Origin: the human T2T-CHM13v2.0 reference genome, Homo sapiens
NCBI RefSeq assembly: GCF_009914755.1
Contig: NC_060937.1
Length of the DNA: 64,000 nt
Direction: 5' to 3' (one strand)
A program made the position numbers and the translations under genes. This document shows positions 1 through 15,223 of the stretch, piece after piece. Below the pieces are notes generated by a model. The model ran no database searches. It saw only the letters and a list, made by a program, of their open reading frames with translations, and was not told the origin of the DNA. Each line of letters begins with the position of its first letter. Positions within the stretch are counted from its first letter, which is position 1.

Positions 1-64
1 ATTGTCCTTATAATAGAGAAAATACAAGTTTAATTTCGAGTGACATATCCTTAATCAGTACTAC

Positions 65-147
65 CTCTTGTGGAGGAATGTTGCAAGTAACTGTTCGGAG
101 GTCAACTTTGACAAACACATCTATGCATGGCAGGACCAGGATCAAAC
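65..147 (-). CDS. STOML3: STOML3 coding exon 4 (SPFH/band-7 domain: GLILVLPCIDVFVKVDLRTVTCNIPPQE)
   Basis: Acceptor tttctctcatag, donor GAG|gtag; 83 nt, phase 1 to 0; stomatin-family sequence. Confidence 0.96.
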
Positions 148-528
148 CTATGAGAGAAAAAATCAGTTTAAAATGTTGCTCTGTTGAAAATAACTACAAG
201 TAGTCTCATAGCAGCATAGTGCATCATTTACATGGGGCGATACATGTTTCTCAGATGATCCTCAATATGCACACATGAAACTCTGAGGAAAATGATTTCA
301 TCCTCTAGGTCAGTGACTAAAGAAAAGTAATTGCCTGCGAAGTGAAGTCTTTTGGTAAGAAGCTAAAGATCCCTGACATTTAATTTTTGGTTTTTATTTT
401 TAAAACAATCTACTTCTATCCAAGTGTTTAATTGGACATTAACTAAAAATAATATTCTGACCAATTGTGAAAAGCATCTTTGGGACAAGTGGAAAATTTG
501 AACACAGAATGCATATTAAAAGATGTTA

Positions 529-1235
<707 letters not shown>

Positions 1236-2583
1236 GCATGGTGTTAATAAAGTTCTTATCAGCTAGATATACAGACTAAAGTGTTTAGAGGAAAAATGAC
1301 ATGATCTGGTATTCTGTATTTGCTCTAAAATACTGCACCAAAAAAATAAAATATTTTGGAAAGTAGTTTTCTTATAATAAAGATACTTATGTAACAGATT
1401 CAAGTAATAGATTTGGCTTTGAATATCAGTGACTGCCAACATTCTCAGTCAATTTAAATAGTAATGAAGGATTATTGAATTAAAATCTTCCCAGGGTCTC
1501 ACATTCCTCTAAATCAATGTATTCCAGAGTTAATAGTTTATCCACAGCCATGATCTAATTCATGTACAATAGCATTCTCCTGCTGTAAACACATCTACTT
1601 CTTTCTGATTTGTGAGGCATTAAGTTGGAGCTGGGTCAGGGAAGGATGGGCATAAGAAAGTTCATTTAAGGACCCTGGGAACTCTTAACATTAACCTGGT
1701 GAATGTTGTTCTTTACTGTGAGAGCTACAAAGATTAGAACCACAAGGAATGTCAGCAAGATGGGGACACTAATATATTTCCATTAATCAAAAAGGCTTTG
1801 CATTATTGTTTTTGTTTTCACAGCAGAAACCAGTTCTGGGGCCAAACACCATGTAAAGGGGTGGCAGTATCACCACCCCTTTACACAGTGTTTGGTGAAG
1901 TGCTTTCTTTCTTTTGGCCTCTAAACCTTACTTCCATTTTTGGTGCCAGGTCACTGTGGTTAAGATCATGGACCTGAGAACTAGACAGAGTTAAGTCCCA
2001 ACCTACTACCTAGTAGCCTTGTGACCAGGGAAAACTCACCTAACACTTCGGTTACCTAATATATATAAGCTGGTAGTGAAGATTAAGCATGATTCAACAT
2101 CATGATGAAATAAAGTACTAAATACAGTGCCAGGTATGTATTAAATGCTCATGAAGTGTCAGTTATTATTCAAGAATAATTTACAATTTATGAAAGTGGA
2201 GAGGTTTTCCATTAGCAATTTGGCTTGTTTCCCTCTTGTCCTTATGACATGCTGAGGTAACTCATTAACCCCAGAGACACGTATGACGAGAGTTGTTATC
2301 CTGAGACATTTAATAGTGAAATCTTAGGGGAAAATTCATTTAAAAATGGTATATTTTTCTCTAGAGGCCTCCAAGTTCTGTCTGTTCTGCTTCTCTTGGA
2401 TCCAATTTTATTTTAACTTATAATCTTAGCCCCACCAGGTGGAACACAACCAGGAGGAAGTTAATCCTGGGCTGTTATACCTCAGTTGAATGACTCTTGC
2501 TTTGCCAAACTCACAAGAACATCTATAAGTAGTTTTTACCTTCTTTTTCTTAGGTCCTTTATGAAATTAGACAAGTAAGATTA

Positions 2584-2922
<339 letters not shown>

Positions 2923-4090
2923 TCACAAGCTTCTCCTCTTGAAGTTTCCCATAATTTTTTTATATATTAACAGATCCATGGCTTATGGCCAAGGGCAAAG
3001 CACATAGAGCATCGTGGTGCTCAGGAAAGTTCCTACCCCGAGACCTTCCAGTCGCAGAGAGAACAATTTATTCAAATAAGCCATAATGGGGGCAGAAAGC
3101 AAATGTTATCAGAGAAATATAGCTAGTAACAATTGCTTTTCATATGCCTTCTAAGACAGTGCTTTTGATAGCCCCTCATTTCCAGAGTATTAGAATTAAT
3201 CCCATGAAATTGCCATATTTGGGAGTCAAAACAAATTTAGCAATTTCCTATGGTTCAACTAGATATATGCTCAGAGAAGTTATGAGTATTAAATCAATAT
3301 CTTACTTCGGGGAGTTTTAGTACCTTATAGTTTTAGTATCCACCCCAACCCCGGGCAAAAACAAAAAACAAACAAAGAAATAAAACCACCTTCTTTTAAA
3401 ACATGACTATTTGGAATATTTTCTTTTTCAAGGTGGTAAAGAAAGGATGGAAATAAACACTATACTATACTAGATGTTAGAAGGCCTGAAAACTCATCTT
3501 TATTTCTAACTGTAAGAATAATCTTAGACAACTCATCAAACTTATGTTGGCCTCATGTTCTTTGTTTTCAAAACCAAGGGATTTGGCCAAAGGCGCCGTA
3601 CAATGGCTTCCAGCTCTATCTTTCTATGTGTCTACTTGCCATGAGAGGAAATTACCTTTTGCTTTTCCATTAGCCCTTTTCAAAGAGTGAGCATCAAACA
3701 CCAGCTCTCAATATACTCTCCTTGAGTAACTTAATAGTGTGCGTTGGCCATTTACTTTGCCTCTTATTCTTCCCACATTCTCCTGGTGGCCCTGGTAATA
3801 AGTGACATTCAGCCAATGTAACCAGAGCCACCCTTTGCTCACATTCACTGAATCTCTCAGAGGGAGACTTAGGAGGCCGGGCCAGATTTCCAAACTCTCA
3901 AACTGGTGGTCATTCCCACTGACTTGCATTAAAAGGTGGCATTCTTCTGTTGTACCAAAAGGCAAGAGCCCCAGCTTCTAGCAATTTTTCTTTGACTCTC
4001 AATAGGCACCACCAGGAAAAATATTGAAGGTGGTAGCAGTAGTATTAGGTGTCCCTGATCTTTCAGGGGCAGCCACCGCGTCATTCATAC

Positions 4091-4163
4091 CTGGCCCCTT
4101 GGCTTTGTCAGCTTGGATGCGTCCCAGACGGAATACAACAGCACGTTCATACTCCTTAATGAT
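4091..4163 (-). CDS. STOML3: STOML3 coding exon 3 (IIKEYERAVVFRLGRIQADKAKGP)
   Basis: Acceptor ctcctag, donor CAG|gtatga; 73 nt; EYERAVxFRLGR stomatin motif; only 81-nt intron to exon 2. Confidence 0.97.
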
Positions 4164-4244
4164 CTAGGAGATTAAGGGCGAACGTTTAGTCCTAATGGTT
4201 TGTCAGTTCATATAGATAGCCCAGTTTATTTCCCAGGGTGTTAC

Positions 4245-4348
4245 CTTCAAGCACATCCATATGGAGATGGGGAAGGTAATGATCACCAACAGGAAAGAGA
4301 GGGAAAACAGGATCCAGCCACATACACCAAGCCGTTTATTGTTGACAC
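4245..4348 (-). CDS. STOML3: STOML3 coding exon 2 (membrane hairpin: VNNKRLGVCGWILFSLSFLLVIITFPISIWMCLK)
   Basis: Acceptor tttcctag, donor AAG|gtaa; 104 nt; hydrophobic segment with conserved Cys and TFP proline. Confidence 0.97.
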
Positions 4349-5214
4349 CTAGGAAATGAGAAGGAAGCAAATATGTGATCAATGTGGTTATTAAAAAAGC
4401 CACCCAGCTGCATGGGTGTGGAACCTATCCAGACAGCTGGCCAAGCCTGATGTGGCTGCATAGAAAACCTAAATCCATTTACACCATGGATGTAGTCACA
4501 CACACGTACATACATTCAAATGTTTATTCAGGTTTTTAAAAATTAAAATTGACTTATTCCTTCCAAGAAAAATCTCATAACAATAAACAGAAATAATTAT
4601 TATTACATTTTATAGGGCTGCCATGGTTTATTATTCTCAAAACACATAAACAGTGGTTCTCAAAATGTAATCTCTGGACCGTCCACACCAGAATCATCAG
4701 ATGTCTGGGTCCTGTGAATTCTCGAGGTAAAATTCAAAGCACCCTTTAAGGCAGGTAGGTAAGTACTATTATCCCCAGAGGGAGACAATGTGGTACATGG
4801 AAAAATATCCTGCAAAATCCTGAGGTATGAGTTTTTATGTGAGCTCTGTCACTTACCAATTCTAAAGCATTAGGATAGAAGACCACTCAGTCTCTGGGTT
4901 TCTGTTTCTTCATCTGTAGAATGGGGCTAGAAGTTACCCGCCTTAGAGAATTTGATGAGGATTAAATAAGATTACTTTTATATGGCTCCTGGGCCATACA
5001 TTAACATTTACAGTTTTAAACAGGTATTCTACTTTTATTCCCATTTCCAGATGAATATGTATTCCAGGGACTTGTTGTCAGATGTTGATATTTGCCCTTT
5101 CTAACTTTTCATAAAAGTTTTGTTATGTTGGCTCATCACATAAGATCTCTTCTCGCTAATCACACATTATGATAGCAGGTGCATTTTGGCTTAATGAATA
5201 TTGCTTTGCAATAA

Positions 5215-5631
<417 letters not shown>

Positions 5632-5654
5632 AGGGATCCTTGTTTGTAAAATAA

Positions 5655-6025
<371 letters not shown>

Positions 6026-7623
6026 CATTTTGCCTCCTTTTAAATCCTTGTTCCTCCTTATTCCCTTCTCCTTGACAACCAACCCCATTCTCATCCCATG
6101 ATCTCCTCCAGCTGATTTATATTCTCCATACACAAGCACTAGGACTAGATATCCCCAGCCAGCTCACCCTACAAACGCCATATACTGTCTATCTCAGTTA
6201 ATGCCTTCACCATCCACCCCTTTGCCCAGGTTAGGCAGGTCATCATTGCCTCTTCCCTATCCAGTTGCAGAAAGTCACTAAACCTAAATGATACTACCTC
6301 AAATCCATCCCCAGTTACCCATTTTACTCCTACTAATTTTTTGAGACCTGAGCCAAATTCATGAATATTTAGGAGAATTCTGGGTTTTTGCTCTTATAAG
6401 CGATGTTTTGATGAATGTTTTTAAATGTGTGTTTTTGTGCACTTGTGTAGGATAAATCCCTGGTAGTAGAACTGTTAGGTCATACAATTTTGATAGATGA
6501 TAAATGCCTTTCAAAAAGTTTGTACCAACCTCCACGCTCACCAACAGCATAGAAGCGCTTATTCCCACATGTCCTTTTCTCCTTAAATCATTTCAACCTT
6601 CTCAGTCGTTACTTTCTGATAGGTGAAAATAACTACATTTTAGATACATATTTTGTATTAAAACCTTTTGAGTACAAATGGCCTTTTATATGCTCCAAAT
6701 ACATACATATTCTGAACAATAAGGGCTTGCCTGAATACTCTGAAATTTAAATTTCTAAAATATCACCTCCCAAAGCTTTGGACCCACATGGAGGTGAATC
6801 AGACTATCATTACACAAGATGGAAAGACACTTTATGCATTCTCATAGAATCTTTGTCAAATTTTATTAGTGCTTTTTTAGTATTCATGACAGAGCCTATA
6901 GATATACATTCTCATTGGAAAAAAAAATTCAAGTAACACAACTAAAGTTCCCTGAACCATCCTCTCCTCAGTCCCACTTTTATCTAGAGAAGTTCTGTAG
7001 TTACCGGTTTGGTGTGCATTCTCTATAGACCCACTCCTATGTATTTACATACATATATCTACATTTAGAAAACACTGGCTTTGATTTGTAAATTTTATTT
7101 TGTGATAATGGCATTACACTGTACCCACCTTTCTACTTTAACTTAATATATGGTGTATAGATTTCCATGGCATTACCTACTCATCTACCTCACTCTTCTT
7201 TATTGTTGCGTACTATGCCATCTTACACCTGTGTCTCAGTTTACTTACCATTCTCCTATTGATCATTAAGGTTATTTGCAATTTTGCCTATACAGACAAG
7301 GCTGTAATAACTGTGCTTATATATGTCTCACTGGGCTAATATGCATCTTTATAAAATCTTGGTAAAAGTATTGTGAAGGCAGCACAGTTCCTGTCATGTT
7401 TGGTGTGTTTCCTCCCTCCCGGCACTGAAATATTTGGTGTTCAGAAACCTTGGGCTGTTCTGGGGCTATGACTAGCAGCACAGCACACGCAGGCAGCTGG
7501 GACTCCAACAGGACACCAGCTGTGCTTAATGCCTGGAGCCAAGCCCTGGACATTTCCAAAGTAGACACAGCCTTAACACCAGCTGCACAAGCAAGTGTTT
7601 GTCACAGAGAAAATCGCACTGAC

Positions 7624-7707
7624 CTACAAGCTCGCCTCTGGAGTTCATCAAGCCCTTGCATCATTACACGTGCACATGAGGCTCAGCTCCATTAGGTAAT
7701 AGACGTG
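7624..7707 (-). CDS. STOML3: STOML3 alternative cassette exon; CDS part 7624-7648 gives alternative N-terminus MNSRGELV
   Basis: Strong acceptor ttctcttctcttgtctctctcag, donor TAG|gtcagt; ATG at 7648 joins exon 2 in frame, 9 aa shorter than the exon-1 start. Confidence 0.75.
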
Positions 7708-9259
7708 CTGAGAGAGACAAGAGAAGAGAATGTGACTATTCTTCCAAGATTTACACTGGAGCATTAGAATCACCCAGGCCGCGGCTTCTGGGAGAATTGG
7801 TGGAGCCTGGGGGTCTCATTAGCTGCCAGTTAAAGTGGGGCTGTGAGTGCTGCTGTCACCTTCCCTGCAGGCTCCCAGCTCAGCCTTGTGAGCATGCACA
7901 GCTGGGAATGAGACCACACAGAGTAACTCTTCCTGGCAGCCTTTCTCTCTCCCCACTCACTCCCACAGTTGAAACTAGGATGCTATACTGAGAACAGTTT
8001 TTGAAGATTACAATTCTGACTGAAAGGATATGCTGGGATTGTATTATTAAATACAGAGTTCTTCAGAAATCGCCCTACTTCAAGCTATACAAGGCTCTGA
8101 GGGGATGATGGAAGAAAAAGGGGCTGCACAACACCTTTTTGGTCACTAAGTGATGACCACATTTGATCATCTGTTTGAACCAAATCCACAAATGTGTGTA
8201 TTCTCTGGACAGTTGTCGCATAACCATAAAGCCATGTCATATGCCTACTTCCTAGTAGAAAACTGGATTTTGCTGCCCCAAACAAATTGCCCTTGGTTTC
8301 ATCATTCATTTAACAAATATGTTATCAGTTCTATGCCAAACGCTGTGCTGGAGAATAAAATGGGAAACATGCCTCTATTACAATGCCTTGGTCTTTCTTT
8401 ATGCAGCTGGCAGGAAGAATCCCTCGGGCAGTTACAGAAACAATAGAAACAACAGATACTAGGTTAATTACTCTGCTGCACTTACTTCTAGGAAGTCTGC
8501 AGCTGGTGAAATATGTGGAGACTTCCCCCTGTGTGTGGCTGTGACAACAGCAGCAAAATATTTAATCAATACCTTCCTTTCAATCTGCAAAGAAAAAGGT
8601 AGAGCCATCAGCTATGGAAGCTGAGGCCCAGAGCCACTGACAAGAAGAGAGGCACCCATGAACTTCAGCTGGAAGGACTTTAGAGGTAACCAAAGCCAAC
8701 TCTTCATCTTGCAACCAGAAAACTTCCTGGTTTAGTGTTGCCACCATCATCTTAATCTCTCATTAAGTAAGGTGACACCCACAAATTCCACAAACAGACA
8801 GTGGTGCGTGTCTACCTTTACTGACTTAGGGAGTGAGGCAAAGCCAAGGTTTATCGGTGGAGGCACATCCCCAGGGCATTATTCCTGGTGCTTAGATACA
8901 GCTGTTTACACCAGAGGAGATTAAATACCCTTTAGGACCAGGGCCCAACACTCAAGGCAAGATTGGCTACTTGTGTGAGCCAGGAAGTAGGAGAGAATGT
9001 TCTGTATCACTAGCCCAACTTAAATTATATTAGAAACAGAAATGAATTATAGTAAATAAAACAGCCTAGGTGACTTGCTTGCTTATTTCTCAACTTCAGC
9101 TTGGTCAAGAGTATTTAAATATTAGATCAATACTACCTACAATATTTTATCACAAATCTGTGTTATCATAAATAGTCTCTTAGTTTCTTAGCAGAAATAA
9201 CTGTTAAGTATTATGACATGATTTTAAACAATCAGAATAGGATGATGTACATTACACAT

Positions 9260-9720
9260 CAAAAAAATGAAAGTCAAAACCACCGTAAGATTCCAGTACG
9301 CAGCTACCAGAATAGTAAACATTAAAGACTGGCAATACCATGTTTAGCAAGGTTGAGGAGCAACTAGAGTACTCATATGTGCTGTTGGAAGTTAAGTTGG
9401 TACAATCACCTCAAAAACTATTTGGAAGTGTCTACTAAAGCTAAACATGTATCTACTTTATGACTCAGTATTCAACTTCCAACTAATACCTGAGAGCAAT
9501 GACTACTGATGATAAAGAAAAATATGTTCAACAATGTTCATTGCCATTTTATTCACAGAAGCCAAGATATGAAGTTTGCCCAAATCCATCAACAGTAGAA
9601 TGGATAAATGAAGTTGTGGTGTATTCATATTCAAAGGAATATTACTCAGCAAGAAAAAAAGACAAAACTACGGCTGTATGTAAAATATGGATGAATCTCA
9701 GAGATATAATAGTGGGCACA
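9260..9720 (+). mobile_element. Old L1M (L1ME/MC-like) ORF2 end / 3' UTR fragment
   Basis: Degenerate L1 motifs such as CCAAATCCATCAACAGTAGAATGGATAAAT and GGAATATTACTCAGCAA. Confidence 0.7.
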
Positions 9721-9724
9721 AAAC

Positions 9725-10978
9725 CTTAAAGCAAATCTCAGCTTGACTAAATTTTAGACGGGCTTCTTCCTGACCCTAGGCCCCTAATCTCCCTTTTCTT
9801 AGGGCATTTTCTTTAAAAAAAAAATAATAATAATAAAACAAAAAACAACAAAAACAAAATTGTCATTATAAATTCTTTTTTCTTTGTTTTTAAAATATGT
9901 TTATTTTTTATTGTTTCATTAATGGGATATACTAGCTTATATAAACTCTTTCTCTGCCTCTTTGAGATTTAAATCTTTTGAAAAGCTTCTTGCCAGTTTC
10001 ACAACCCAGGACTAAATTTCTCAAGGTCTCGGGAGCTAACCTTTGGAATATAAACATCAAAGAAAATAGCACCCCTATCTATCAGTTTCTGTTGGAAGTA
10101 AAAGCCTAACTTCAGTGGGCACCTTTCTCCGAGTTGTGAAACTACCTTGTTTCAGATAATACTTGTTATTTTCTTGTGAAAAGAAAATAAATCTTGGGAC
10201 CCCAAACTCATTAAGCCAAAGGGAAACATCAAACTGGGTACTGGGTCACAAAAACCTGCCTTCGCTTTTTGGTTCCTAAATAAGATGGTTACAAGTTGAA
10301 AAGCTACACATCTCCCTCATATTTTTGCCCACAAGGAAATTCCTAGTGAGCTCCAAGATGTTTACCCTAAAGCATTTCTGTTAAAATTCACCATAGCAAT
10401 GTAAATGGATAGCTTATCTTTACAATTGCATCACCCCTCTGTCCACCTGGCACAAATGCACATCTAATTGTTCCCTGTCCCATTTATCTTTGTCACCTTA
10501 TATAAAATGCAGATTCCCTGAATTTTCCCCTATCTGTCTGTTACCTTATATAAAAATTCAGATTCACAGAGCCAGACACAGGCATGAGTGACTATTTTCC
10601 CCTATCCCTCTGTTACATGAAAATTGTGTACTTCTCAATACCCCACTCTTTCCTCTTTAAATTCAGTGCCCTCAAAATCATCTTCAGAGAAAGGCATAAA
10701 CTTTGACAAATAAACCTCCTAAAATGACTGAGACCTGTCTCATCATTTTTGTCACGTCATAAAGATATACAAAATACACTAGATGGCTTATGACCTCCCC
10801 CTCAGGGATTCCAGTACTCTTCCAGTAGCTCACTCCAGCCTTTAAAAACCCTACCACCCCTTGCTTCAGTAGAGTTGAGCTCAGACTGAGTTCTGGCCTC
10901 TCTCCTCCATTGCAATAGCTTTGAATAAAGTCTTCCTTGGCCATTTAACTTTGTTCAGTACAGTTTTTGCTTTGAAAA
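9725..10978 (+). mobile_element. ERV1 solo LTR (MER67-like) interrupted by a second LTR
   Basis: CTCAGCTTGACTAAATTTTAGAC start; 3' part with AATAAAGTCTTCCTT polyA signal after the nested element. Confidence 0.6.
10175..10756 (+). mobile_element. MER4B/D-like ERV1 solo LTR nested in the MER67-like LTR
   Basis: TGTGAAAAGAAAATAAATCTTGGGACCCCAAACTC start; AATAAACCTCCTAAAATGACTGAGACC near end. Confidence 0.7.
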
Positions 10979-11999
10979 TGTACACTTTATTTTGTTCCAT
11001 TTTTTTCTTTTACCAAATCGGATTCTAAATATCAATTGTGGATGTTCTGGTCCATCTAGATAATGGTTTCTCTATATATGCAAGAGCTAAATTTTCAAGA
11101 TTATGTAATAAAAGCTCTAGACCCTTGAGGGCTTCTACTGGCTAATCTGGCCACTGACATTATAAGCTCCTTCAGATAACCCTTGGAACCTTGAGAAAAA
11201 TATAGAAATATCAGGTCTTTAGTGAAGAATTAGTAAATTAGAGCTGGATGATGATCTTATTATCTACGCTAGTCCTATGAATACAAAATTCCATAATCCT
11301 AAGAGGTTTCCAAACAGGCAGATTTACATTTCAACTCCAGAAGGATGATTTGTGCTCAGTAGTTGCATGAAGTTTACAACACATTATCTACTGTATGTTC
11401 CCTTTTACCATTTGCTTTCTCTCTTTTCTTTTCTTAAAAAATACTTAAGGCATTATTTTGAAAGTGAACATTCAAAAAGGTGTAAAAATAATGCATTGAA
11501 TACCTTAAACCCACCATTTGGCTTAAGAATATACACCTTGCCAACAAAATCAAAGTCCCTTTGAGCATCCTTCTTCAGGCCCTGGAGGCATCCCCCCCCA
11601 CAGCAGCTTCCTCATGCTGAATACCATCACCATCACCCCAACACAGCCACAACCACAAGGCTGCCACTCAGAGCCCAGGCTTCACACACGGGCTCTTCCT
11701 ACATTCGTCATTTGTTTTTCAAGTAGCAGGACTTTTGATGGTCTTTCAGTGTGGGTCTAGGTGATCCAGATGAAGGAGTCAAGCCATGTGCTAACATCAC
11801 ATGAATACCCCCTACAGTAGAGAAAGTAACCTAGGTCCTCACACATCTTGTCCCTTTGCACAGGTCTTTGTGTTCCTCAGCCCCCTTCTGCATCCCACAT
11901 TTTCCTCAGCAGGCCTCAGCTCAAACATCCCCTTCTTTTCCAGGAAGATTTTTCTCTGTCACCCTCACCTTTGGGTGCTCCTCTTTTGAGTTTCTAATA

Positions 12000-12337
12000 C
12001 AGTCACATACCACGTAATGATGTTTCAGTCAATGATGGACCATATATACGATGGTGGTCCCATAAGATTATAATAGTGTGTTTTTATTGTACCTTTTCTA
12101 TGTTTAGATATACAAATACTTACCATAGTGTTACAACTGCTTACAGTATTCAGTACAGTGACATGCTGTACAGGTGTGTAGCCTAGGAGCCAGAGGCTGT
12201 ACCCTATAGCCCAGGTGTACAGTAGGCTGTACCACTGAAGTTTCTGTAGGTACACTCTATGATGTTCTCACAATGACAAAATCACCTGACAACGTATTTC
12301 TCAGAATGTATCCTCATTGTTAAGCAGTACATGATTG
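12000..12337. mobile_element. Tigger3a (MER7A) non-autonomous DNA transposon
   Basis: CAGTCA...ATGATTG termini flanked by TA; GGTGGTCCCATAAGATTATAAT core. Confidence 0.85.
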
Positions 12338-12685
12338 TACACCCTCTATCATAACTTTTTTTATAGGACCTTGTAATTTGTAGCTAACTTTTGTGTCTTC
12401 CCTGTAAATTTTTAGTGCTCTGAATGCAGGTATTTTATTTTTTGTCTGCACCTCCTGCTTCACAGAGGATGCTGAATGGATGCAGTGCATACTTTTAAGT
12501 ACTTTGAAGTACAGGATGAGGGTGATGTTCAGCAACATAATAGATTTACTGATCTGTTGGAAAGTCCTTGTATAGAAATCATGGTTCATCAGACAAGATT
12601 CTATTTTCTCTCAAAAAAGTCAATTAACCAAAGAACCATATGTCCTTGCATTTTTCTCCATACATTCCGCCTGACTGTACCCTCA

Positions 12686-13009
<324 letters not shown>

Positions 13010-13462
13010 TTTAAAAAAAGAAGAAGCAAATAAAGAAAAAATGTTTTCCTTGCATCATCTTATCATTCTTCTTTCTCCCCATTCTCCCATGCTTTCAGTT
13101 CTCTCTGTTTGAAATAACAGCACTGCCAACAACAACAAATAAAAATACTTCGTCCTTGAGATTTATGTCCAAAGTCCCATTACAATGTTATTTATAACAG
13201 TGGTAAATGAAAACCACCCTGAAAATATAACAATGGAGGGATAATTAAGCAAATTATGATATATCTACACAATGTCATATTATGTATATATTTTTAAGTT
13301 TATAAAAGCATGAGAAAATAATTATGGTATGATGTTAGAAGAAACAAACAGTAAGATGCAAAATTATAGGGACAGTAGAATCACAAGTATATAGAAGTAT
13401 ATATATAGAATAGAAAAAATTTTGGAAGAATATTAACCAAAATATTAACAGTGGCTATTTCT

Positions 13463-13469
13463 TTTTTTT

Positions 13470-13502
<33 letters not shown>

Positions 13503-13534
13503 TTTTGTTTGAGAGAGAGTCTTGCTCTTTCCCC
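13463..13534 (-). mobile_element. Extremely 5'-truncated Alu (about 25 nt body plus A tail) with 14-bp TSD
   Basis: cagtggctatttct (13449-13462) and cagcggctatttct (13535-13548) flank a T run plus gagagtcttgctct. Confidence 0.8.
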
Positions 13535-13608
13535 CAGCGGCTATTTCTAAATAATGGAAGTATAAGTGGTTTTCATTGTTCTAAGTTTTCTTTGACATAT
13601 TTACCTGG

Positions 13609-13907
13609 TTTTTTTTTTTTTTTTTTTTGGTTTGTTTGTTTTTTGAAATGGAGTCTCACTCTGTTGCCCCTGGACATGATCTCGAGTCACTGCAACCTCT
13701 GCCTTCCAGGTTCAAGTGATTCTCCTCCCTCCCAGTAGCAGGGATAACAGAACGGCACCACCACACCCAGCTAATTTTTTTATTTTTGGTAGAAACAAGG
13801 TTTCACCATGTTGGACAGGCTGGTCTCAAACTCCTGACCTCAGGTGATCCACCTGCCTCGGCCTCCCAAAGTGCTGAGATTGCAGGCATGAGCCACTATA
13901 CCTAGCC
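13609..13907 (-). mobile_element. AluS with internal deletions
   Basis: Reverse-complement Alu. Confidence 0.9.
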
Positions 13908-14344
13908 TATATTTACCATTTTTAAAAGTAAAATTTAAAATTATCATGTCAAGTTTTACAAAAAGGAAGTGCTTTGTGTTATCAAAGCAGGGAAGACCAG
14001 ATGCTTCCCAGAGGAAAAATTAGAAGTATGTGGAATGAGAACAATCCCCTTTCCTGAGCTTGGGGATGAGTGTTAACCATTCTATCTCCCTTTCTATGTT
14101 CACTTCCAATCCTGTGAAGATACAGTCAGCAAATAGAACTTTAGCAAATTTCTGGTTCTCTCTGTAGAGAATGAAGGACTTTGATCATCAAAGATGAAAT
14201 CTAAAGGAAAACACGAGGGGTAAACATTATCTTTTCATCCCCTGTAATTCATCTTCCCTCCTTCCTTTTTCTCTATGCACACAGCTTGCATTAAGGAACA
14301 CTTTTAAGGAAAGTGCAGAATTGCTGAAAAGGAATATAGTCCTA

Positions 14345-14522
14345 CTCAAAATGCTCTCTTAGCCTGGCAGCTAAACCAGCTCACAGGAGCTGGTTTGGAT
14401 GCAAAATCTTAAGCCCAGAAGAGACACAGACTAAATACCAGAGCTTCTGGGGGTAGGGGCTAGGAATCTGTATTTTAAGGAGCTCCCCAGGAAGATTCTT
14501 TTGCATGTTAATTTTGAGAAGA
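14345..14522. mobile_element. MER5-like hAT MITE
   Basis: GGAATCTGTATTTTAAG...CTCCCCAGG...GATTCT...TTTGAGAA motif. Confidence 0.55.
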
Positions 14523-14746
14523 GCATCTAAGATTTCTGTGATCTAGATTCCAATTCACTTTAACTCTTAGAAGACAAAACAAATCAAAAAAGAATAAAAG
14601 GGGGGCAGAAGAGAATGTCAAAGCCATTAATAGTGATGTGATAATAAATGTCTAAAAATTGGACCCTTGGGGAAAGGAAGAAAGCCTTAATTTATACCAT
14701 TTCCACTGTGTAAATATCACCTACCCCTTCAGGTGATTCTAATCTA

Positions 14747-15083
<337 letters not shown>

Positions 15084-15223
15084 GTGTGCCAGCAGCACAC
15101 TCCCACATAATGTTCCTGCTGGAAAGGATAACAAGGGCTCAGTTATTTATATATTAAATAATTTCCTCACCATTTGTGAAGACAAATGTCTGTAATGCTT
15201 ACAGGACTGAATAACATTGCCTT

